A model generated the notes under the pieces. The model saw only the letters and a list, made by a program, of their open reading frames with translations, had not been told where the DNA came from and did no database searches. A stretch of DNA of 64,000 nucleotides from Mobula hypostoma (lineage: Eukaryota), in assembly GCF_963921235.1 (NCBI RefSeq), contig NC_086109.1, positions 19,594,001-19,658,000 on the forward strand, given 5' to 3'. This document shows positions 36,805 to 47,189 of the stretch, in pieces. How positions within the stretch are numbered: the first letter of the stretch is position 1; each line of letters begins with the position of its first letter. The position numbers were made by a program, and so were the translations under genes.

Positions 36805-36999
36805 GGGTTCAATTCCCACCAGTGTTTGTGAGAAATTTGTACGTTCTCCCCATAACCGCGTGGGTTCCTCTGGGTGCTCTGGTTTCCTCCCATATTCCAA
36901 GTATGTGCAGTATAGTAGGTTAATTGGTCAAATAGGTGTAATTGGACTTGTGGGCCAGAAGGGCTTGTTACTGAAATGTATCTCTAAATAAAATTAAAA
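36805..36999 (+). mobile_element. 5'-truncated V-SINE directly fused to the U6 copy
   Basis: Begins at the B-box GGTTCAATTCC. It has the V-domain, the CR1-like GGGCCAGAAGGGCTT stem and an A-rich end. Confidence 0.8.
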
Positions 37000-37519
37000 G
37001 CATATGCCATTTACTCAGTTAGTATCTAACCTCACATGTTATTTTAGGAACGTGGAACATGGGAGAAATTTAAGATTAGATTAAGTGAAGCCATTGCTTG
37101 CATAATTACGAGCACACAAAATGTAGGAGGAACTCAGCAGGTGGGGCAGCATCTAAAGAAATTAATAAAGAATCAATGTTTTGGACCGAGACACTTCATC
37201 AGGACTTGCATGATTATCTGAGTCACCTGCTGGTGGGGAGTTAACATGGGGCAAAGTGTGAGTTAGACAGAGTTTGCAGAGGGTGGAATTGGAGGCAGGA
37301 TAGATGTATATAAAGATGCTGTTTGATTTCTCATGAGGAGTTGACACCATGTTAAACATCTCTTTGAAAGGATTGAACAATTAGTAGAAGGAATGATCTG
37401 TAACTTTAAGCATTGTTTGTCCTGTGCAAAAGAATCAATGAATGAACTTCCAAAAAATAGTAGGTGATTCTGGATTGATTTAGTATACTTTAAAAAGAGT
37501 GAGATATCTGTTGAGATAA

Positions 37520-37800
37520 CCTTGTCATGAGGTTTGGAGGCTTGTGGCTAGAGTCAGGGTTTTAAGCTTTGGCTCTTGGTGGGGTCACTCATACCAAATG
37601 GGCCAAAGGGTAGAGGCCAGACTAAGAGTGGTCCACTGGTCCTCCAAGCTTGGGGTTCAGCTCAGGGCTAACAACCCTGGCAGATCAAAGACAAATTGTT
37701 GTGGAAACAGCAATAAGGAACCCTTTTATATCTGTGTGCAATGGTATAGGCAGTCAGTAAGGAGCTCTTTACTGGCGTAATGAGCAATAAGTAATTAAGT
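37520..37800 (+). mobile_element. RTE/Expander-like 5' UTR-derived non-autonomous element
   Basis: CCTTGTCATGAGGTTTGGAGGCTTG...GGTCACTCATACCAAA...GGCCAGACTAAGAGTGGTCC...GGGCTAACAACCC resembles RTE 5' UTRs. It has a TAAG-type tail. Confidence 0.5.
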
Positions 37801-38233
37801 AATGTATTTTATGTCCGCATAGCAATTAAAAATACTTTACAGCTGTTGAAGTACTTTGAAAGTGCAAAATAAGTCATGTGCCAATCAATATTTGCACAAT
37901 AAGCCCCCACAAACAATATTATTATGATGACCAGATCTCCCAAAGAAAATATTGTTGAGGATCATTAAACACAGGTTATGAATGCTTTAGTTAGATTAGG
38001 CTGTTACAGAATTAAAATGAGTAAATGGGGATGAGCTAAAATCCAATTGAATGGTAGAATGTTTAAAAGGCTGAAAGGACTCATCTTGTTTCTATTTCAT
38101 CTTCTGTTCCATTCAATTGAAAGTGTTACAATTTTACAAAACTGAGCTATTACTGACCTCTAAGTGTAGCTGGTAAAGCAAAGAATGTATTAGCGCAGTG
38201 CATGGCTCAGAAACACGAATAATGGTTACTTAC

Positions 38234-38427
38234 TAATCCCAGTTTATAAATTGTTTATGTGCAGCTATTAATGATGTATAATTATGCTGCTTTTTGTCCA
38301 AGTCAAAATGGTTGTTGGCGAAAGTAATTTGTACATTATAAGTACTAGTGACTGGATAGATGTTAGAAAATGAGCTTGACGTTTTTAAATCCTCGCGCAT
38401 GAACTCAACACTGCGAAGCAGCACAAC
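38234..38427 (-). CDS. Candidate internal coding exon (194 nt, phase 0 to 2), stem region of the same sialyltransferase-like gene
   Basis: Acceptor ttattctaatacag|G and canonical donor TA|gtaagt. The frame is open throughout (VVLLRSVEFMREDLK...AAHKQFINWD-Y), retains CpGs, and joins in frame to both flanking exons. Confidence 0.6.
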
Positions 38428-40089
38428 CTGTATTAGAATAATTTATTTTGATTCTATGTGTTTTATTGTTTTTGGTACATAAGCTACATGCTTGGTATAT
38501 AACCATAACAGCTTTTATTTAAATGGTGTCTTTTAGAATCCCAAGATACTTCCTTGGAGTTTTAACAAGCAAAAATCAGACCTTGAACTACACAAGGAGG
38601 CAAAAGAACAGATGACAAAAAGGTTGGAGGAAGAACTGTGTTTTGAAGGTAGCGAGGAAGAGAGGTGGGAATCCGTGGAGAGGGAATCCCAGTGCTGTTG
38701 GGCTCTGCAGTACCAGGAGCCAGACAGCTGTTATGTATAATACAAGAAAAAGAGTTATTTCTAAAGAGCAGATTGAAGGTGATTGGCAGAAGAACTGGAG
38801 ACAGTTGTGAGGATGTGGAGCAGATCCAATAATAATTTTCATAAGGGAATAATTTGAAAATGAAAATATTCAGAATTGTTAGAACAGAGTGGGGAAGTAA
38901 GATGAATTGAATAGCTCAGTCAGATCTATCCTTGTCACAATGGGCTGAATGGCCTCATTCCGTACTGCGTCATCTAGTAAATCCAACAGAAATGTGATTA
39001 ATGTTACCAAGTATGTATTATAGTTTCTTTTCAATCGTACCTCTAGTGCAATATTGGGCTATCACCCACCCAAGCAGTAATGTTTAATTAATTTATGGAC
39101 CAGTAACTCAAGGTTAAATATAAATTGCAATTAAAAAGTCAGGGCAGTAAGAGGACAGAACTAACGGAAGAGAAGGTCAATAAGGTAAAATCTGATCCAC
39201 CTTGTACTGAGGTGTAGGACAAGGCAGAGAGGAAAAGCATCACAAAATGTCTAGTTTTATTCTGCAAATGAATGTGATATGATGGAGACTTGGAAGTGAG
39301 TTGCAGAAAGAAATCAAAAGCTTTATATATTTGGAAATAGATATACAAGAGTGAATTAGAGAATGGAATCTAATCAAAGACCTTAGTTGATTTATTTTTA
39401 GCATATAAGACACCTGGAGATGAATTGTTGGTTGATTAATCGAAATGAGGAAAATAAAAGCTTAGATACTGATACCAAGTATATTCCCTCTTTTTTATTC
39501 AGGCCTCCTTGACCTTCTCACCTACTGAAAACTAATTTGTTTTCTCCCTCCCAGTTCTGACAAAGATCTGAACTAACTGCTTCTCTTTCTACACCTGCTG
39601 TGCGTTTCCACTATCTTTCATCTTCACTTCAGACTCTCAGCATCTGCACTTTTTTTTATTGATTCACAGATACCAAGGGGTTCTGAGCTAGAAGCTAATT
39701 GAGGAATTCAGGAGGTTTGTGTGCTGAGTAACTTGGGAGTTAGTTACAGGTTGGAATCTAACTGAAGCTGGGCTTAACAAATGTAATATTGCAAACTCAC
39801 AAATAAATTACAGAATGGAATCTAACCAAAAGATTTGCTTGATTTTATATGGAAGAATAAATACCCAGAAGCAAGGTTCTAATCAAAAACAAAAGAATGA
39901 GAAGACTATACCGCTCTTCAAACCTCCTCTGCCGTTTGGTAAGCTCGTGGGAGATGTTGTGCCAGTATACAATTTGCCAGCAATCCCCATACTCTCTCCT
40001 TCCTGTCATGTCAAAAAAAATGTATCCTTCAGCCTTCAATGTACTTGATATGACAGATACAATAGCAGCATTTAAGAGGCCAATGACAC

Positions 40090-41460
40090 GAAGATGTTGT
40101 GGATAGTATAGAAGGTTGCTGGTTGCTGTAGGCTACAACAGAACATTGACAGGATACAGAGCTGAGCAGAGAAGTGGCAGATGGAGTTCAGCCTGGTAAA
40201 GTGTGAAGTGATTGATTCACTTTGGAAGGTTGAGTTTGAGGGCAGAATGCAGGGTTGATAGCGGTGTAGAGGAACAGAGGGATCTTGGGTCCATGCACAC
40301 AGACCCTTCAAACTTGCCATGCAAATTGATAGGGGTGTTAAGATAGGGTTGATAAGAAGGTGCATGATTTGTTTGTCCTTCACTGGTCAGGGGTTGAGTT
40401 CATGAGCCGTGAGGTAATGTTGCAGCTCTATAAAACCCAGGTTAGACCACACTTGAAATATTGTGTTCAGTTCTGGTTGCCTTATTATAGGAAGAATATG
40501 GAAGCTTAAAAAGGTTCTGAGAAGATTTACCAGAATGTTACCCTTCCCCTCTTCTTCTATTCCCTACTCTGGTCTCTTAACTCTGCTCACCTGTCAATCA
40601 CTTCCTCCTGGGTCCTCCCTCCTTCCCTTTCTCCTATGGTCCACTCTCCTCTCCTACCAGATTCCTTTCTCTCCAGCTTTTTACCTTTCCCACCCCACCT
40701 GGCTTCACCTATCACCTTCTAACTATCCTCCTTCTCCTCTCCCCACCTTTTTATTCTTCCCCCTTCCTTTCCAGCTCTGATGCAGGGTCTCAGCCTAAAA
40801 CGGCAACTTGTTTTTTCATTTCCAAAGATGCTGTTTGCCCTGCTGAGTACCTCCAGCACTCTGTGTGTATTGCAAAAATATTGCCTGGACTTATGAGGGC
40901 AGGTTGAATGAGCTAGGGCTTTTCTCTTTGGAGTGAAAAAGGATGAGAATCAACTTGTACAAGATGATAAGAGGCATAGATCGGGTAGACAGCTAGAGAC
41001 TATTTGCCAGGACTGAGATCATTAATACTAGGAGGCGTAATTTTAAGGTTATTAGAGGAATATATAGGGGGAATGTCAAAGGTAATTTTTTTTACAAAGA
41101 GTGGCAGGTCCATGCAATATGCTGACCAGGATGCTGGGAGAGGCAAATACATTAGGAACGATTTAAGAGACTCTTAGATAGGCACATGGATGATAGAAAA
41201 ATGGAGAACTCTGTGGGGGCGAGGGGTTAGATTGATCTTAGACTAGGGTGAATATTCGTCATGATATTGAGGATTGAGCAGCCTGTACTGTGCTATAATG
41301 TTCTATATTCTATGCTTTTAGATAAACACATGGATATGCAAGGGATGGTGGGATATGAATCGTGTACTGAGAGAAAAGGTTTAATTTAATTTGACATTGT
41401 GTTCAGCAGAGACATGATGGGCCAAAGAGCCTGTTCCTGTGTTGTGCTGTTCCACATTTT
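40090..41460 (+). mobile_element. CR1 LINE 3' fragments with a nested Penelope pseudo-LTR (about 40540-40875)
   Basis: CR1 RT C-terminal motifs (gaagtggcagatggagttca; gagctagggcttttctctttggag) resume after a Penelope tail carrying a decayed hammerhead at 40775-40810. Confidence 0.8.
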
Positions 41461-41527
41461 ATACTTGGCAAATGAGCATGTACAGTTCTTAGAGGTGGAG
41501 ATACTTATGTATACAATGGTGATTACT

Positions 41528-42170
41528 CAGGGGTTCCCAACCTGTGGTCCGTGGACCCCTCGGTTAATGGTAGGGATGTATGGGGTGTCAGGGAGGGGTA
41601 GCACCTCTGGTGGGGGAACATGTCGCGTCCTTTTCAAGGCAGTTAGTCCACCTTTGGTCCCCAGCTGGCACTCAGCTCTCACCTGTGGCTCCCCGTAGCT
41701 GTTTGCATGCGACAGCGGCCACACCCCGGGCAACAGCTTCAACAAGCTGGCTAAACCAGGTGAGGGTAGCCGATGGGTCTCAAACCCTCGGTGAGATAGG
41801 GAGTTGTCTATCCCAGCATGTGAAGACAGACTCCGGCAGATTGAGCGGACAAGACCAATGGAAGGTCCAACGGTCAAGAAGGCGGTCTCTGCAAGCGTCA
41901 TGGAACGTGTAGAGCAGGACAAGACACAGAAGACGTCCTGGTCATCCACTGCGCCTAGTCCCATCTCTAGCTGTCTCGACTCTGTCTTGCCACTGGATCC
42001 AGATGGGAATTGGGAAGAGAGAGTGAGGCTGACGCTGCGCAACTCTCCCTCACTTAAATCCAAATCACGCGCTAGTCTCAACACCATCATAATGGTGTCG
42101 AGGTCCTCATCGACGTCAACGATGGACGAACACAAAGGGTCCATGGCATAAAAAAGGTTGGGAACCCCTG
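41528..42170. mobile_element. hAT-type MITE (about 80 bp) split by a 560-bp insertion
   Basis: TIRs CAGGGGTTCCCAACCT and AGGTTGGGAACCCCTG. An uninterrupted sister copy lies at 46896-46975. Confidence 0.85.
41576..42135 (+). mobile_element. Unclassified CpG-rich interspersed element
   Basis: Defined by comparison with the empty MITE. AGGG is on both sides, there are 3' hairpins, and no recognisable protein is encoded. Confidence 0.7.
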
Positions 42171-42528
42171 GTCTAGAGTGAGTTCCAGGCTAAAATCTAT
42201 AGGAAAAGTTTGTTCCTTTATTATGATGTGGTAAAGCTACCAGCAATTGAGTTAATAGTTAATAGTGTGGGAGATGGAAAGTGGAGAGAAATTGTGCAGA
42301 CTGGCAGAAAATCTGAAGAGCAAACAAGTGTGGGAGACAAGTTGGAGATTAATATGAGACAAAAAGAACATGTAATACCATTATGGATACCATTAAAGAA
42401 GAGAAGGGACCAACGTTATAGAATATGTCGGTAATTTGGAAAACATGCATGGAAATGAAAGAACACTAGAATATGAAAGAGGAATGCCTGTAGTAGCGGG
42501 AGTGATGCAAGTACAGATTAATATTACT

Positions 42529-42757
42529 AACACATACAAAATGCTGGAGAAACCCAGCAGGTCAGACAGCATCCATGGAGAGGAATAAACAGTGAACATT
42601 TTGGGCCAAGACCATTCATCAAGGCTTATGAAGGGTCTCAGCCCAAAATGTTGATGGTTTATTCCTCTCTATATATGCTGCCTAACCTGCTGAGTTCCCA
42701 CAGCATTTTATGTGTGTTACTCTGGATTTCCAGCACCTGCAGAATCTCTTGTGTTTA
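42529..42757. mobile_element. Palindromic mini-element built from two inverted Penelope tails
   Basis: About 90-bp inverted arms (42529-42620 and 42626-42718) meeting at decayed hammerhead cores. Confidence 0.8.
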
Positions 42758-44134
42758 TGTTTCAAATATCATTGACACCTTGAAACTGCATGATCACAAT
42801 GTAGTGTCACTGAAACACCAGTTTAGTTCATTCAAAGAACGACAAAATTTGCGGACCATTTTGTTATGTTGCTATTCACTACAGCTTCTCTGCAATACCA
42901 GAATTTGTCAAGCAAAATTCAGGTGGATGAGCAATTTGTCTTGATCGTTTTGGTTAAGGGAATGACCAAGACATTGCATTGGATTTAAGTCCATTTACCC
43001 GGATGATTGATGCTGACTTTCAATTCTGTACAAGCCTCTGTTCACTTTTCCAATTTTACCCGGCTGGTGTATTCTTCTCTTTATCTCTTTCTCATATGTA
43101 TCCTTTACTTGTGGTACAAAAACCAAAAGTACCAGAAATGTTCAACAGGCCAGGAGAGAGAAGGTAAGTTAACATTTCAGGCCAATATGGTCATCAGTTT
43201 GACTTTCTAACCACACTCTGGGTGAAAAGATTTCTCCCAATTTCCTTGATTTTCTTATTGACTCTTTCATGGGCATTGTGAGATTTTATTGCCAACCGCT
43301 AATTGCCTCTGAACTGACAAGGAAGTTAAAAATCACCCACACTGGGGGAGGGGAGCTGTATTCAGTCAAGACCTGTCACAAGTAAACCACCTGGGTTTAG
43401 TAATGAAGACATAGGAGATTGCAGATGCTGGAATCTGGAGATTGAGAATAATTTTGTTGTTTCATAGTTAACATTACTGAGAAGAGCTACAATTCTAACT
43501 TCACTTAGTCAGTTGAACTTAAATGCCTTGACTGCCATTGTGAGATTGAAACTTGTGTTTCTGGATCACTGGTCCAGAACTCTATTTGCTAATCTCAATT
43601 GAATTCATTATTAACTAGTCCAAAGTTTGGTTCCCCAACTTTGCACTCCCATTAAATACTCTCTATATGCACCCCAATGTATTGCTGCAAGTTCTAACAG
43701 CCTCATTCTCAAATAAGCCGCCCCTTAGCCTGATCTTCGATAGGATCCTCAGCTCATCCCATCTTTCCAGTTATAGGTCTCATTGTATTTCTATTATCAT
43801 TCTAAACTTCACTCACCTGAACACTGAACAGATTTCATAACCTGTGGACTCCTTTTCAAGGACTCTACAACTCATGTTCTCAATGTTATTTACTTATTAA
43901 TTATTAGCTTTCTTTTGTATTTGCACACTTTGTTTTCTATTGCACCTCGGTAATTTGTCAGTCTTTGTGTGTAGTTTTTCATTGATTCTATTATACTTCT
44001 ATTTCTTGCAAGCATTCAGATGACAACAACAAATCTCAGGGTAGTATATGGTGACATATACTTTGATAAATTTACTTTGAACTTTGAAAAAAAATCATGA
44101 GGTGTGGAAGATCAACAGATCCTGCACTTATGAA

Positions 44135-44785
44135 GTGGCACGTTAGCAAAGTGGTTATTACTGTGCCGGCAGCCACCGACCGGGGTTCAATTCCCACCAC
44201 TGCCTGTGAGTAGTTTGTACATCCATCGGGATTTCCTCCGGGTGCTCTGGTTTCCTCCCATATTCCTGAGCCGTATGGTTAGGGTTACTGAGTTGTACAG
44301 TTCTCTGTTGTCTCTTGGTCCTTATCATAAAACCATAAGACACAGAAGTGGAATTAGGCCATTCAGCCCATCAAGTTTTCTCTGTCATTCCATCATGGCT
44401 GATTTATTATTCCTCTCAACTTCATTATCCTGTCTTCTCTCCGTAACCTTTGACACACTGACTATTCAAGAACATATCAACCTCCAATTAAATATACTCA
44501 ATGACTTGGCCTCCAGAGCCGCCTGTGGCAATAAATTCCACAGATCCACTATCCTTGGTCTGAAGAAATTTCTCCTCATCTCTGTTCTAAATAGACGTCC
44601 CTCTATTCTGAGGCTGTGCCCTCCGGTACTTAATTCACCCACTACAGGAAACATCTTCCCTACATCCACTGTATCCAGCCCTTTCAATATCTGATAGGTT
44701 TCATTCTTATAAACTCCAGAGAGTACAGGCCCAAAGCCATCCAACGCTCCTTATACATTAACCCTTTCCTTCCTGGAATCATGTA
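44135..44785. mobile_element. V-SINE (+, 44135-44310) abutting a CR1 3' end (-, 44325-44785)
   Basis: A and B boxes and the V-domain. The CR1 peptide is VGKMFPVVGELSTGGHSLRIEGRLFRTEMRRNFF. Confidence 0.8.
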
Positions 44786-44895
44786 GCATTGAGGAAGATA
44801 GCATTAGATGGTTAAATTCCACATTGCTGCTTTTTAAAGTTACAGATAACTAAATTAATTGAACTGTTAATTGAACTAACGTGTACTCCTGTTAC

Positions 44896-45050
44896 CGGCT
44901 GGTGTTGTGCAGAGCACTCTACATATGAAAATGAAAAATAATCCAACACCAGGAACATCAGGATAGCACAGAATACCAAAAGAAAAATCCACAGTGTTTT
45001 CTGGCGCACTAGACATTTGCCCACTTTGGTTTCATGTGCTGCCAAATCAT
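44896..45050 (-). CDS. Candidate first coding exon: basic cytoplasmic tail plus type II signal-anchor of the sialyltransferase-like gene (start codon unresolved)
   Basis: The frame reads ...KVGKCLVRQKTLWIFLLVFCAILMFLVLDYFSFSYVECSAQHQP. Phase-0 donors CCG|gtaaca (44896) or CAC|gttagt (44881) fit the 38427 exon. There is no in-frame ATG before the TM segment. Confidence 0.5.
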
Positions 45051-45729
45051 CCCATCCAGATAATCAAGGCAAGCTGACACTTCACATAGGATCAGACTCA
45101 GTGAGTTGAATTAATTCCCCTTCAAACAGGCCAGAGTGAGCAGAGGGCACCGAGAGAAGTGTTTTGTTTTTGCAAGCATTAACAACATGATCCAGGCTAA
45201 TTTGATCAAATGCAGTTTAGGTGACTCATAATCAACAAAAGCACTCTGTGTGGTCAACAGCAGATTATTCACAGAGTTTCGCACTCTCACAAGATCCAGG
45301 GATTTGAATGGAGGTGACATAAAGTACATGAGACACAAAATCCAGTTTATTTGATGAGCTGTTGATCCATTAAGCTTAATATTGTCATTTACAGGATGCC
45401 TTAAAAAGCTGTGTTCAATTATCCATTGTCGATGAACCAATGCTTTAATTGCTTTCTGTACTGGTGTTTATTTTCAGATAGCTGGAATTGCAACATAAGA
45501 GTTCTGATAGCTGACTTGAACAGAATTAGACCCGTCCAGGGTATTGTAAACAGTTTTGGTCTCCATAATTAAAGAATTTTAACACTACTGAACACACAGG
45601 AGCAGGTATACTCAAGGAAGAGGGTATACCTATCTCAATGAATTAAAGGGACTGGAACAGTCGTACTGAACAGGAAAGATGTCTTTATGGTGCAGAGGGG
45701 ACAGAAAAATGGGAAAGATTATATCACAT

Positions 45730-46590
45730 CTTTCAACGTCAGCAAGACGAAAAAGGGCTGATTGTTGACTTCAAAAAGGGTAAGACGAGGGAACACAAAC
45801 CAATCCTCATAGAGAGATCAAAGGTGGAGAGAGTGAGCAATTTCATGTTCCTGGGTGTCACCAGCTCTGAGGACCTATCCTAGCCGCAACATATTGACGC
45901 AGCTGTAAAGAAGGCAAGACAGCGACTATATTTCATTAGGAATTTGAGATTTGGTTCATCAACTAAAACACTCGAAAACTTCTACAGATGTACCATGGAG
46001 AGCATTCTGACTGGCTGCATCACTGTCTGGCGTGGGGGGTGGGGGCAACTGCACAAGTTCGAAGTAAGTTGCAGAAAGTTGTAAGATTAGTCAGCTCCAT
46101 TATGGGTACTAGCCTACGTAGTATCCAAGTCACCTTAAAGCAGCAGTACCTTAGGAAGGTGGAGTCCATTAGTAGATACCCCCACCACCCAGGACACACA
46201 CTTTATTTAATTAAATAGGTTAAATTATTTGGAAAGAAGGGAATAACATGGCCTCTTTACACTGAAGGACATACCCTCTTCACACTGTTATCATTGGGAA
46301 GGAGATACAGAATCCTGAAGGCAGTCACTCAGTGATTCAGGAACAGCTTCTTCCCCTCTGCCATCTGATTTCTAAATGGACATTGAACCCATGAACACTA
46401 CCTCACTACTTTTATTTGGTTTTTTGGTACTACTTATTTTAACTTATTCATATATATATATATTTACTTACTCTAATTCAGTTTTTTTCTCTCTATATTT
46501 ATTTATCATGTATTTCATTGTACTCTTGCTGTAAAGTTAACAAATTTCATGATATATGCCAGTGACATTAAAACTGATTCTGATTCTTGG
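45730..46590 (+). mobile_element. Rex1/Babar LINE 3' part
   Basis: Decayed RT C-terminus (aacgtcagcaagacgaaa...attgttgacttc; gagagcattctgactggctgcatcactgtctgg) and a (TGATTC)n tail. Confidence 0.8.
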
Positions 46591-46895
46591 CCCTTTTATT
46601 TATCCCAAATTGCTCTGCAATCAAAGTATTCTACAGTAAATGTTATAACACCAATATCGACCTAAGGGTCAAACATGCACAGCAAACCCACCTCCATCGA
46701 TGCGATAAAGGCTGTTTGTAGGAATGTTGACCGAGAGATAGTAGTGGTGCCTAGACTGAAGGGTTAACTCCCTATTTCACATTGGAATAATGGTAAGCAA
46801 GAGCAAATGGGATCTCAGTTTCACAGATATCTGACAGTGAGTATGCCATCAGTGGAGGGAACAGAATGGGCTGTTCTGACCTAAATGCTCTATGG

Positions 46896-46975
46896 CAGGG
46901 GTTCCCAACCAGGGGTCCACAGACCCTTTGGTTAATGGTTGGGGTCCGTGACAGAAAAAAGGTTGGGAACCGATG
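46896..46975. mobile_element. hAT-type MITE, 80 bp
   Basis: TIRs CAGGGGTTCCCAACC and GGTTGGGAACCGATG. The flanks CTCTATGG and CTCGATAA look like a decayed 8-bp TSD. Confidence 0.8.
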
Positions 46976-47189
46976 CTCGATAACATTTTTTGAGGAGAGC
47001 AGGGGAAGGGGCTAGAAGGCATTGCATTCTGACAAAGTGCAGCCCACAACTTCATTATTGCAGCACTCTCAGAATAGCGTCAACACCTTCCGTTTACAGT
47101 GGATGTGCAAACCCACAATCAGAACAAATCAGAAGGCTTTGTTTTATTGATTCTTCATTTCCAAACACAGTATGTGAGGCAAAGCACAC

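Noticed and set aside
41527..42151. 205-aa and 115-aa ORFs
   Set aside because: They fall in a GC-rich repeat, run across the insertion boundary into the MITE and have no domain motifs.
45111..45440. 109-aa minus ORF upstream of the TM exon
   Set aside because: It has no good ATG, splice sites or recognisable motifs, and is more likely 5' UTR or promoter sequence.
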